Of a stretch of DNA of 64,000 nucleotides, positions 29,021 through 40,598 are shown one piece after another (position 1 is the stretch's first letter; the number at the start of each line of letters is the position of its first letter). Position numbers and translations under genes: made by a program. Below the pieces are notes generated by a model, which saw only the letters and a list, made by a program, of their open reading frames with translations, did no database searches and was not told the origin of the DNA. Source of the DNA: Candidatus Eiseniibacteriota bacterium (GTDB lineage Bacteria > Eisenbacteria > RBG-16-71-46); contig CAVQXP010000004.1 of NCBI GenBank assembly GCA_963717935.1, positions 192,001-256,000 on the forward strand. The letters run 5' to 3'.

Positions 29021-30995
29021 TGGCCAGGATCCCTTCGATCTCGCTGTAGATCTCTTCGTCCTCGAACAGGTTCTGGACGATCGAACCGGACGGACAGGAG
29101 GCCACGCAGGTCCCGCAGCCCTTGCAGAGCGCCTCGTTGATGATCGCCTTCTTCGTGCCCTCGACGAACGTGATCGCCGTGTAGGGACAGAGCGGGATGC
29201 AGGACTTGCAGCCCGAGCAGTCCTCCTCGCGGATGTACGCCGTGTTCGGCTCCTGCTCGATGTGCCCCCGGCAGATCAGCGAGTAGGCCTCCGCCGCCGC
29301 CGCGCCCGCCTGGGCCACGGTGTCCGGGATGTCCTTCGGGCCCTGGCAGCAGCCCGCGAGGAACACACCGTCCGTGAAGGTGCTGACCGGGGCCAGCTTG
29401 GGGTGGCGTTCGAGGAAGAAGCCCTCGGTGCCGCAGCTCATGTTGAGCATCCGGCGCACGTCCTGGGCGTCGGCCTGGGGCTCCAGCCCCACCGCGAGCA
29501 CCAGCATGTCCACCGGGAACTTGAGCACGCGGCCGAGCAGCGTGTCCTCCGCCTGCAGGAGCAGCCGGTTGCCCTCGGGATCGCTCGGGTCCGGGAAGAC
29601 GTCCGCCACCTTGCCACGGACCAGGTGCACGCCCTCCCCGGCGATGCGGTTGTAGAACTCCTCCATGCTCTTCCCCGGGGTCCGCATGTCGATGTAGAAG
29701 TTGTAGACCTCGGCGTTCGTGTGCTCCTTGATCAGGTGCGCCAGCTTCAGCGAGTACAGGCAGCAGACCCGCGAGCACCACTTGTTGTTGTTCTCGTCGC
29801 GCGAGCCGATGCAGTGGACGATGCCCACCGTCTTCGGCTTCTTGCCGTTGCGCGTGACGATCTCGCCGCCGGTCGGCCCCGAGGCGTTGACCAGGCGCTC
29901 GACCTCGAGCGCGTTGTAGACGTTCGGGTAGAGGCCGTAGCCGTAGAAGGGCATGCGCTTCGCGTCGAAGATCTTGAACCCGGTCGCCATGATCACCGTG
30001 CCGACCTTGATCTCCTTGATCTCTTCCTTCTGGCCGAAGTCGATGGCCTTGCGGTCACCGCAGGCCGCGACGCAGGGCTCCTTGCACTTGCCGTGGGTCC
30101 AGACCCGGCAGGTGCCCGGATCGATCATGACGATGGGCGGCACCGCCTGCGGGAACGGCATGAAGACGGGCTTGCGCTTGCCGAGGCCCTCGTTGAACTC
30201 GTCCGCGAACCGCGGCTCCCGGTAGACGCACGCCTCGATGCACTCCCCGCAGCCCGTGCACAGGTCCTCGACGATGTAGCGGGGCTTGCGCTTGATCGTG
30301 ACGGTGTAGTTCCCCACGTAGCCTTCCACCTTCACGACCTCGGAATAGGTCCACATGGTGATGTTCGGATGCGAGCCCACGGCGGACATCTTGGGCGTGA
30401 GGATGCAGGCGGCGCAGTCGAGGGTGGGGAACGTCTTGTCGAACTTGGCCATGTGCCCGCCGATCGTGGCTTCACGCTCGACGAGGGTGACCTTCTGGCC
30501 GCCATCGGCCAGTGTCAGCGCGGCGTGGATGCCCGCGATGCCGCCACCCACCACCAGCACGCCGGGATCGATCGGGACCTTCTTGATCTCGAGCGGCTTG
30601 TGGTACGGCACGCGCCGGATCGCGGCGCGCACCAGGGCCAGCGCCTTCCGCGTCGCTTCCGCGCCGTCCGTGTGCACCCAGGCGTTGTGCTCGCGGATGT
30701 TCACCATCTGGAAGAAGAACGGGCTCAGGCCGCCCTTCATGGTCGCGTTGCGGAACGTGCGCTCGTGCAGGAGCGGCGAGCACGCGGCCACGACGATGCG
30801 GTTCAGCTTGTGCTCCTTGATGTCCTGCTGGATCAGCTCCTGGCCCGGATCGGAGCACATGTACTTGTAGTTCCGGGAGACGGCCACCCCGGGCAGCTTG
30901 GCCGCGTACTTGGCCACCGCCTCCACGTCCACCATGGCGGCGATATTGGTGCCGCAGTGACAAACGTAGAACCCGATTCTAACGGGCTCGCTCAT
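29013..30995 (-). CDS. hdrA: Heterodisulfide reductase subunit A (flavin-based electron bifurcation)
   Basis: GFYVCHCGTNIA, AACSP..HE, VVGGGIAG, KTFPTLDCAACILTPKM, HCIGSRD..WCSRVCC, GPKDIPD, ferredoxin motifs. Confidence 0.96.
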   Translation of the reverse strand: MSEPVRIGFYVCHCGTNIAAMVDVEAVAKYAAKLPGVAVSRNYKYMCSDPGQELIQQDIKEHKLNRIVVAACSPLLHERTFRNATMKGGLSPFFFQMVNIREHNAWVHTDGAEATRKALALVRAAIRRVPYHKPLEIKKVPIDPGVLVVGGGIAGIHAALTLADGGQKVTLVEREATIGGHMAKFDKTFPTLDCAACILTPKMSAVGSHPNITMWTYSEVVKVEGYVGNYTVTIKRKPRYIVEDLCTGCGECIEACVYREPRFADEFNEGLGKRKPVFMPFPQAVPPIVMIDPGTCRVWTHGKCKEPCVAACGDRKAIDFGQKEEIKEIKVGTVIMATGFKIFDAKRMPFYGYGLYPNVYNALEVERLVNASGPTGGEIVTRNGKKPKTVGIVHCIGSRDENNNKWCSRVCCLYSLKLAHLIKEHTNAEVYNFYIDMRTPGKSMEEFYNRIAGEGVHLVRGKVADVFPDPSDPEGNRLLLQAEDTLLGRVLKFPVDMLVLAVGLEPQADAQDVRRMLNMSCGTEGFFLERHPKLAPVSTFTDGVFLAGCCQGPKDIPDTVAQAGAAAAEAYSLICRGHIEQEPNTAYIREEDCSGCKSCIPLCPYTAITFVEGTKKAIINEALCKGCGTCVASCPSGSIVQNLFEDEEIYSEIEGILANE

Positions 30996-30998
30996 CGG

Positions 30999-32204
30999 TC
31001 AACCCTCCAGTGACTCGGCCAGCAGTTCGACCACGTCCCGGACCACCAGCTGTTTGTCGTGGCCGAGCGTCTTCACGGCGTCTTCGAAACGGAACAGTTC
31101 CAGCGGACACGAGACGGCCAGCACCTCCGCGCCGGCGGCGACGGCCTCCTTCACCCGCCGCTCGGACAGCCGGTCCATCTCCTTCGACTTGTAGTAGGTG
31201 TCCAACCACATCCCTCCACCGCCACCCCCGCAGCACAGCGAGTTGGCCCGGTTGTGGACCATCTCGACCAGCGTCACGCCGGGGATGGCGCCGAGCAGCT
31301 CGCGCGGCTCGTCGTAGCAACCCATGCCCCGCCCGAGACAGCAATTGTCGTGGTAGGCGACCTTCCGCTCGAGCTTCCCCGTGAGCCGGGGCTTCAGCTG
31401 CTCGAGACGCTGCGCCAGGAACAGCGTCGTGTGTTCGACCTGCCAGCCCATCTCGGCAAGCGGATAGCGGCTGCGGAAGGCGTTGAAGGCATGCGGATCA
31501 CCGGTGACGATGCGGTTGAACTTGTGCTTCTTCAGGGTCTTGACGTTGGCCTCGGCCAGCGTCTCGAACAGGCCGGGCTCCCAGGTCAGACGTCCGCACT
31601 CGCCGGCGCACTTCTCCTCGTGACCGAGGATGGCGAAGTCCACGCCCAGCGCGTGGAACAGCTTCGCCGTGGCGCGGCTGTTCGCCTGGCCCCGGGGATA
31701 GAACGAGGTGTAGCACTCCACGAACCAGAGCACGTCCACCGGGCCCGGCTTCTCCGCCAGACTGCGCACCGGCACGCCCGCGGTGGCCGCCCAGGCGGCC
31801 CGCTTGCGCGGCGACTCCCCCATCGGGTTGCCGTACCGCGCCATGTTCTCGAGCGACTTCTGCAGCTCGCCCGGCATCTCCTTCAGGTTCGCCAGCGTCT
31901 GCTCCTTGACCAGCGGCAGCAGGACTTCCGTGAGCCGGATGTCGCGCGGGCACTTGCTCATGCACGCAAAGCACGATACGCAGCGCAGCAGGCTGCCGGA
32001 GGCGATGACCTCGTCGAGCAGGCCCCGCCAGAGCATGTTGATGACCGCGCGCGGGGGGTACTCCATGTACTCCCCGTACGGGCACGCTCCGGCGCACGTC
32101 CCGCACTGCAGACAGGTCATGATCTGGCGACCCTCGGGCGTGGCCAGCAGGGTCTCCAGTGTGGTGTCGGTCGGACAGGTGACAGTGCGTTCAACGAGAG
32201 CCAT
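30999..32204 (-). CDS. HdrD/GlpC-like Fe-S oxidoreductase (2x[4Fe-4S] + CCG domains)
   Basis: CLQCGTCAGACP, CVSCFACMSKCP, YHDNCCLGR, LCCGGGGG, VSCP. Confidence 0.88.
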   Translation of the reverse strand: MALVERTVTCPTDTTLETLLATPEGRQIMTCLQCGTCAGACPYGEYMEYPPRAVINMLWRGLLDEVIASGSLLRCVSCFACMSKCPRDIRLTEVLLPLVKEQTLANLKEMPGELQKSLENMARYGNPMGESPRKRAAWAATAGVPVRSLAEKPGPVDVLWFVECYTSFYPRGQANSRATAKLFHALGVDFAILGHEEKCAGECGRLTWEPGLFETLAEANVKTLKKHKFNRIVTGDPHAFNAFRSRYPLAEMGWQVEHTTLFLAQRLEQLKPRLTGKLERKVAYHDNCCLGRGMGCYDEPRELLGAIPGVTLVEMVHNRANSLCCGGGGGGMWLDTYYKSKEMDRLSERRVKEAVAAGAEVLAVSCPLELFRFEDAVKTLGHDKQLVVRDVVELLAESLEG

Positions 32205-32217
32205 GGGTCGTCCCTTC

Positions 32218-34256
<2,039 letters not shown>

Positions 34257-34260
<4 letters not shown>

Positions 34261-35243
34261 GCGCCGGCCTTCCGGGCCTCGATGGCGGCCTTCAGGGGCT
34301 CGACCAGATCGAAGAGGTCCATGACCGCACCGTACTTGGCGACATCGAAGATCGGAGCGCTGGGGTCGGTGTTGATGGCGATGATCATCGGCGAGTCCTT
34401 CATGCCCTCCTGGTGTTCCGGAGCGCCGCTGATCCCCAGTGCGAGGTAGAGCCTGGGCTTGACGGTCATGCCGGACTTGCCGACCTGACGGGTCAGCGGA
34501 AGCCAGCCCTGGTCGATGACCGGGCGCGAGCCGCAGACCGCGCCACCCAGCAGCGCGGCGAGCTCTTCGCCCAGGGCGATGTTGTCCTGGGTCTGGATGC
34601 CGCGGCCGAGGGCCACGAGGATGTTCTGCTTCGTGATGTCGACGTCGCCGGCCGGGGGCGCGATGAACGCCTTGAACGTCACCGGCGAGGCCTCCAGCGG
34701 AACCTCCACGTTCCGTACGGGCGGCGTCTTCTCGCTTCGGCCCGCGTCCGCGGGGAAGGAACCCGGATTGACGCCGATGATGCCGCGTCCCGCCGGGAGA
34801 CGGACATCCGTGAGGATCTTCCCGCCGAACAGCTGGCTGGTGACGAGCACGTCGGGCCCGTCCGCCTTCGCGTCCTTGCAGTAACTGACGAAGGGGAGGT
34901 CCATCCGCGCCGAGAGGATCGAGCCGACCCCCATGGTGACGTTCGTCCCGCCGAGCAGGACCAATCCGACCGACTCCTTCTCCATCAGGCTCTTGAGCAG
35001 GGCCCCGAGCGTGGCGGCCGCCGGCATCTCGAGCGCGGGAGCGGACACGACCAGGACCTCGTCGGCCAGGCCCAGGCCGGATGCAAGGGAAGCGACGTCG
35101 CTGCCGACCAGCGCCACGCGAAGGGGCACGCCCCGCGCGTCCGCCAGTCTCCGGCCCGCACCGAGCATCTCGAACGTGATATCCGCGACCTCGCCCCTGA
35201 GGTGCTCCGCCAGGATGAGGATTCCGTCTGCCATGGTCGTCAC
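34257..35243 (-). CDS. etfA: Electron transfer flavoprotein alpha subunit
   Basis: GSRPVIDQGW..QVGKSGMTVKPRLYLALGISGAPEH..INTDPSAPIF. Confidence 0.95.
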
Positions 35244-35248
35244 CCCCC

Positions 35249-36019
35249 TCAGATCAGGCTCTGGTTCGCGAGCAGGTCCACGAGACGGCTCGCCACCTCT
35301 TCCGGCGAACCCTCCAGCATCTCCGCGCGTCCGGCGCTCTCCGGCTTGAACATCTTCTCGATCGGGAAGCGGGCGGGTCGATCCGGCGTCACGTCCACGG
35401 TCTCCAGGGTGGAGGACTTCATGGCCGCGCGCACCTTCGCGATGGGCACGTACCGCGGCGGCTTCTCGGCCGCCTGGATCCCCAGCACCGCCGCCATCGG
35501 AAGGCTGAACTCCCCGCGCAGGCCGCCGGCGAATTCCTTCGTCACCACGAGCCCGCCGTCGCCGGGTGCGACCACCACCACCACACCCACGTACGGCAGC
35601 CCCAGCAGGTCCGCGAGGAAGGGACCGATCTCACCCTCGATGTCGTCGATCGCCTGGCTGCGCAACAGGATCAGGGCGTCCCCCCCGACCGCGCCGGCCG
35701 ACTTGAGGAAGTCGGCGAACAACTTCGCCGCCGAGAGACTGCGCACCTCGCCCAGATCTCCGGTGAGCTTGACGGCACGATCCGCGCCCTTGGCCAGCGC
35801 CTGGAACAGCGCCTCTTCCACCTCGGGGGCGTCGAGGGCCACGACGGTCACCGTGCCCCCGTGCCTCTCCTTCAGCAGCAGGGCCTGCTCGAGGGCATGT
35901 TCGTCGGAGTCGCTGAGCTTGAATCTCAGCCACTCCGCGTCCAGCGACTTGTTGTCCGCGGCGACGGCCAGCTCTTCGACCGTATCGGGAACCGTCTTCA
36001 GCAGGACGAACAGGTTCAT
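35249..36019 (-). CDS. etfB: Electron transfer flavoprotein beta subunit
   Basis: LLKTVPDT, DEHALEQAL, ALAKGADRA, QAIDD, PRY. Confidence 0.93.
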   Translation of the reverse strand: MNLFVLLKTVPDTVEELAVAADNKSLDAEWLRFKLSDSDEHALEQALLLKERHGGTVTVVALDAPEVEEALFQALAKGADRAVKLTGDLGEVRSLSAAKLFADFLKSAGAVGGDALILLRSQAIDDIEGEIGPFLADLLGLPYVGVVVVVAPGDGGLVVTKEFAGGLRGEFSLPMAAVLGIQAAEKPPRYVPIAKVRAAMKSSTLETVDVTPDRPARFPIEKMFKPESAGRAEMLEGSPEEVASRLVDLLANQSLI

Positions 36020-36308
36020 GGGCCGATACCTCGCTTTGGGCGATCCTCACTGTGACGTGATCTGTCGAACGACATGGGGTGTCTCGGTCATCGCCGGCCC
36101 ACGGGCAGAGGCAGGTGCTGGGGCGCGACGAAGCGACGGTGTCCCCGCGGATGCCGTCGCCGGACTCGAAGCCGGACAATAGCAGCGCAGGCCGTGATGC
36201 TCTATCCGGCGCGACGCCGACCGAGGCATCGAGCCCCTGTCGGCATCGGATCGGCAGCGCCCCGCGGCCTGCACCTTGAAGCGGGACAACAGTTCCGCGT
36301 ATCCAGCT

Positions 36309-36324
36309 TGCATGGAGGGTGCCA
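36309..36324 (-). promoter_or_regulatory. Candidate sigma54 (-24/-12) promoter facing etfB
   Basis: Minus strand TGGCAC-CCTCC-ATGCA vs consensus TGGCAC-N5-TTGCW. Confidence 0.55.
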
Positions 36325-36852
36325 ACACCGCTGGGGAACTGGAGGGCCATCGCCCGCCTCCATCACGCGTCCGGAGCGGCGTTCTTCGGGGTTCGCCCGG
36401 CGTTCGCGTCCCTGTCCGGCCACCACCCCCTGCCCCACCGGCTTTCCCCCGTCGGGCACCCGGCGCGGCGCTCTGCGCGACTCCTGGAACCAGATGGGTC
36501 CGCCTAACCTCATGTCGTTCATCCGATTCCTCGAATCAACGAGGCTCGGTGGATTCGGCCGGCCGCCTCCAGGTCCCCGTCGGGGGCCCCGGCCTTCATG
36601 CGCGATCGTGCCAGAAACCACCGTTCTCCCGGGAAGAACAGGGATGTCCCCCGGCATGACGCCCCTGACAGACCTGACAGCCAGACCGACCGTGGCCGCG
36701 GGCTCTCGAGCCTGCGTGGGACCCCGATTCGTGGAGCAGCCTCGCGCGTCTCCCGGTGATCGATGTCCGCGCGAGACCGCGACCTCGCGTGAGCGAGGAG
36801 GAGCGCGCGGAATCGCTCGGCGTGGCTACAACGCTCCGGGCATGCGCTCACG

Positions 36853-36882
36853 TTGACGTCGCGACGCACGGAAACAGATACT
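36853..36882 (+). promoter_or_regulatory. Candidate sigma70 promoter of transketolase
   Basis: TTGACG-18 nt-GATACT. Confidence 0.4.
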
Positions 36883-36941
36883 CCGATGAGCTGAGACGAT
36901 GGGCGCCGTCGCGACGACGGCACCACCACCAGGGGGGACTC

Positions 36942-39314
36942 ATGGCATTCCAATTCGGGCCGCGCCGGGGCCGCTACGTCGAGGTCGCCGCCGCGACGCG
37001 CGACCAGGCACCGGCACTCCCGCCGCAGGAGCTGGAGCACTTCGAGGCCTTCGACCTCATCTACCGCTCGCTCTGCGCGGTGCTCTACAACTACGTCCCC
37101 CTGTCGGGGCACCCTGGCGGCTCCATCTCGTCGGGCCGCTTCGTGGCCGGCCTGCTCTTCGACGCGATGGACTACGACGTCAGCAGCCCGGACCGTGACG
37201 ACGCCGACCTGATCTCGTACGCGGCCGGGCACAAGGCTCTCGGCCTGTACGCCATGTGGGCGCTGCGAAACGAGTTACTGCGAGCCGGCGCACCCGACCT
37301 GCTGCCGCGCGACGAGAGACACCAGTTGCGGCTCGAGGACCTGCTCGGCTTCCGTCGCAATCCCTCCAGCCGCACTCCCCTGTTCCTGAAGTTCAAGGCC
37401 AAGCCGCTCGACGGCCATCCGACGCCGGGCACGCCCTTCCTCCGGCTCTCGACCGGCGCCTCGGGCGTGGGCGTGTCGGCCTCGCTGGGCCTGGCGTTCG
37501 GCGCTCGCGACTACTACGGCGCGGGCGCCCCGCGCGTGCACATCGTCGAGGGCGAGGGCGGCATGACGCCCGGCCGCGTCGTGGAGGCCCTGGCCGGCGC
37601 CGGCACCGCCTCGCTCGACAACGCCGTGCTCCACGTGGACTGGAACCAGGCCTCGATCGACTCGAACCAGGTCTGCCGCGACGGCGAGAAGCCCGGCGAC
37701 TACGTGCAGTGGACGCCGGCGGAGCTGGCCTACCTGCACGACTGGAACGTCGTGTTCGTGCCCGACGGCAAGGACTTCCAGCAGGTGCTCGCCGCCCAGC
37801 GCCTGGCGGTCACGATGGGCAACTCGCAGCCCACGGCCATCGTCTACCGCACCGTCAAGGGCTGGCAGTACGGCGTCGAGGGCCGCGGCTCGCATGGCGC
37901 CGGCCACGCGCTCTGCTCGGACGGCTTCTACCAGGCGGTGCAGCCGCTGCTCGGCGACGCGAAGCAGGCCCTGCCCTGCTGCCAGGGCCTCGACGCGCGG
38001 CGCTGCGCGGGACCAGGCGGCCCGGCGGTCGTGGAGGCCTGCTTCTGGGACGCGCTGCAGGTCATCCGCAAGGCCGTCGAGACGAGGCCCGCGATGGTGC
38101 AGCACCTCGCCGGCCGGCTGCGCGCCGCACGCGAGCGGCTCGACGCCCGGGCGCGCAAGCCCCGCGCGGGCGCGCCCCGCGTCGAGGCCGTGTACGAGAG
38201 CATCGCGCAGGACGGCGGCGCGATCCCCGCGCCCCTGCGGCTCGCCCCCGGCACCGTGACCACGCTGCGCAACGAGCTGGGCCGCACGCTCCACCACCTC
38301 AACCAGGCCAGCGGCGGCGCGTTGTTCGTGGCTTCGGCCGACCTGCTGGGCTCGACCAGCGTGAACAAGGTCACCGAGGGCTTCCCCGCCGGCTTCTGGA
38401 ACACCACGACCAATCCCGGGTCGCGCACGCTCGCGATCGGCGGCATCTGCGAGGACGGCATGAGCGGCGTCGTCTCGGGCCTCGGCAACTTCGGCCGGCA
38501 CATCGGCGTGGCCTCCTCCTACGCGGCCTTCCTCGCCCCGCTCGCCCACGTCTCCGCCCGCCTGCACGCCATCGGCAACCAGGCGCGCCGCGGCGTGGAC
38601 GGCGGGCCGTACCGGCCGCTCATCCTGATCTGCGCGCACGCCGGGTTGAAGACCGGTGAGGACGGCCCGACCCACGCCGACCCGCAGGCGCTCCAGTTGC
38701 TGCAGGAGAACTTCCCGCCCGGGACCGCCATGACGCTCACGCCCTGGGACCCCGCGGAACTGTGGCCGCTGGTCTCCGCCGCGCTCGCGCGACGGCCGGC
38801 CGTGCTCGCGCCGTTCGTCACGCGACCCAGCGAGACCGTGCCCGACCGCGCGAAGCTGGGCCTCGCTCCCGTCGAGGCGGCCCGCACCGGCGTCTACCGG
38901 CTGCGCGCGCCGAGGGCGAAGGCCGACGGCACGCTGGTGCTCCAGGAGAGCGCGGTCACGCTGGCCTTCGTCGCCGACGTGCTGCCCCGCCTCGAGCAGG
39001 AAGGCGTGGACCTGGACATCTACTACGTGGCGAGCGCCGAGCTGTTCGACGCGCTGCCGGCCGCGGAGCGCGAGCGCATCTTCCCCGAGGCGGGCGCCCG
39101 GGAGGCCATGGGCATCACCGGCTTCACCTTCGCCACGATGTACCGCTGGGTGAGGTCCGACCGCGGGCGGGCGGCCACGCTGCATCCCTACCTCAAGGGC
39201 CACTACCCGGGCAGCGGCCAGGGAGCGGCCGTCCTGCACGAGGCGGGGCTGGACGCGGAGGCGCAGCATGCGGCCATCCGCGGCTACCTCGACGTGAAGG
39301 CGAGGAGCCGGTAG
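36942..39314 (+). CDS. Transketolase-family ThDP enzyme (divergent)
   Basis: SGHPGGS, AGHK, LDGHPT, STGASGVG, SADLLGST, HAGLKTGEDGPTH. Confidence 0.85.
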   Translation: MAFQFGPRRGRYVEVAAATRDQAPALPPQELEHFEAFDLIYRSLCAVLYNYVPLSGHPGGSISSGRFVAGLLFDAMDYDVSSPDRDDADLISYAAGHKALGLYAMWALRNELLRAGAPDLLPRDERHQLRLEDLLGFRRNPSSRTPLFLKFKAKPLDGHPTPGTPFLRLSTGASGVGVSASLGLAFGARDYYGAGAPRVHIVEGEGGMTPGRVVEALAGAGTASLDNAVLHVDWNQASIDSNQVCRDGEKPGDYVQWTPAELAYLHDWNVVFVPDGKDFQQVLAAQRLAVTMGNSQPTAIVYRTVKGWQYGVEGRGSHGAGHALCSDGFYQAVQPLLGDAKQALPCCQGLDARRCAGPGGPAVVEACFWDALQVIRKAVETRPAMVQHLAGRLRAARERLDARARKPRAGAPRVEAVYESIAQDGGAIPAPLRLAPGTVTTLRNELGRTLHHLNQASGGALFVASADLLGSTSVNKVTEGFPAGFWNTTTNPGSRTLAIGGICEDGMSGVVSGLGNFGRHIGVASSYAAFLAPLAHVSARLHAIGNQARRGVDGGPYRPLILICAHAGLKTGEDGPTHADPQALQLLQENFPPGTAMTLTPWDPAELWPLVSAALARRPAVLAPFVTRPSETVPDRAKLGLAPVEAARTGVYRLRAPRAKADGTLVLQESAVTLAFVADVLPRLEQEGVDLDIYYVASAELFDALPAAERERIFPEAGAREAMGITGFTFATMYRWVRSDRGRAATLHPYLKGHYPGSGQGAAVLHEAGLDAEAQHAAIRGYLDVKARSR

Positions 39315-39363
39315 CGCAGGCGGCCCGCGTCCGGCCGCCCGCCACCTGCGGCGCTCCGAAGCG

Positions 39364-39401
39364 ACGAGCGACCCGGGCCCTCGCGGACCCGGGTCGCTCG
39401 T
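39364..39401. terminator. Hairpin between convergent tkt-like and bfr genes
   Basis: ACGAGCGACCCGGG / CCCGGGTCGCTCGT 14-bp stem. Confidence 0.6.
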
Positions 39402-39417
39402 TCACGGCCGGCGCGGA

Positions 39418-39885
39418 CTACTCGGACTGGTTGGCGAGGTAGACCTGCAGGCCCATCTGCGCGATCTGCGCCCGCTGCACCTCGGCCCAGTCCACGTGCT
39501 CCTCTTCCATCTTGAGGATCTTCGTGAGCAGGTCCGCGGTGGCCTGGTCCTCGGCCTCGCGCGCCACGCGGATCGCGGAGTTGTAGGCGCGCACCGCGCT
39601 CAGTTCGGCCTCCTCGTCGTGCGCGACCATCTGCGTGACGTCCTTGCCGATCTTCATGGCGTTGAGCTTCGAGACGACCGGCATGCCATCGAGGAACAGG
39701 ATCCGCTGGATGAGCCACTCGGCGTGCTTCATCTCCTCCATGGCCTGCTTCTCGATGGCGCCGTGGAGTTTCTTGTAGCCCCAGCTCTCGCACATCTCCG
39801 AGTGCACCATGTACTGGCTGATGGCGGTCAGCTCCTCCGCCAGCAACTCGTTCAGGACGGCCAGCACCTTGTCGTTGCCCTTCAT
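39418..39885 (-). CDS. bfr: Bacterioferritin
   Basis: MKGNDKV..ELTAISQYMVHSEM..WG..EEMKHAEWLIQRILFL..EEEHVDW; heme Met and ferroxidase ligands present. Confidence 0.95.
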   Translation of the reverse strand: MKGNDKVLAVLNELLAEELTAISQYMVHSEMCESWGYKKLHGAIEKQAMEEMKHAEWLIQRILFLDGMPVVSKLNAMKIGKDVTQMVAHDEEAELSAVRAYNSAIRVAREAEDQATADLLTKILKMEEEHVDWAEVQRAQIAQMGLQVYLANQSE

Positions 39886-40093
39886 CGTCCGTTCCCTCCT
39901 TGCGATGTGAACGCAGCGTATCCGGGCACGGTGCTCGCCTGCACGTTGCCCGTCAAGTCGGCCTCGATGCCACCGCGGCGCACGGCCGCTGCGCCCACCC
40001 CGACACCCGTCATCCAGCGGGACTTCGCGATGGACTCCCTCCCGCCCGGCCGCCCCCGCTCACCTGCGGGCGGAGAGCCGCAGCCCCGCGCCG

Positions 40094-40597
40094 TCAGCGC
40101 GCCGGGCGCCCCAGCAGCAGCCGGCGCGCGTACGGGATCAGGCCGCCCGCGTCGATGATCGCCTGCCGCGCCTGCGGCAGGGGCTCGATCGCGAACGACT
40201 TGCCCGAGGTCCGGTTCCAGACCTTGCCGTCCTTGATCTCGAGCTCGTCGCCCTCCTCCGCCTCGATCGTCGGGCAGATCACCATGGCGAGCCCGACGTT
40301 GATCGAGTTCTGCAGGAAGATGCGCGCGAAGTGCCGCGCGATGACGGTGACCTCGTAGCCCTTGATGCACGAGGCGGCCTGCTCGCGGGAGGAGCCGCAG
40401 CCGAAGTTGCCCCCCGCCACGATGAACGAGCCGGGCGGGATCTCCTTCGCCTTCAGCCTCCGGTTGAACTCCGCGTCGTCCACGAAGGCGAACTGCGGCG
40501 TCTCCGTCGGCAGCACCGTCGCCATGAACCGGCCCGGGTAGATGATGTCGGTCGAGACGTCGTCGCCGAGCTTGCGCACGACCTTGCCGGTGGCCAT
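40094..40597 (-). CDS. Isopropylmalate/homoaconitate hydratase small subunit (LeuD/HacB-like)
   Basis: GDDVSTDIIYPGR, GGNFGCGSSREQA, FARIFLQNSINVG, AGGL. Confidence 0.92.
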   Translation of the reverse strand: MATGKVVRKLGDDVSTDIIYPGRFMATVLPTETPQFAFVDDAEFNRRLKAKEIPPGSFIVAGGNFGCGSSREQAASCIKGYEVTVIARHFARIFLQNSINVGLAMVICPTIEAEEGDELEIKDGKVWNRTSGKSFAIEPLPQARQAIIDAGGLIPYARRLLLGRPAR

Positions 40598-40598
40598 C

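Noticed and set aside
20924..30995. Selenocysteine in MvhA, MvhD or HdrA
   Set aside because: All relevant motifs (DPCFGC, GCHPGDCHY, DCAAC) are Cys-encoded with no in-frame TGA.
20924..30995. hdr/mvh genes as evidence of a methanogenic archaeon
   Set aside because: murB, TolC, TonB-dependent and FadL-type genes show a diderm bacterium.
36502..36560. GCCTAAC plus hairpin as another attC site
   Set aside because: No matching GTTRRRY end and no adjacent cassette ORF.
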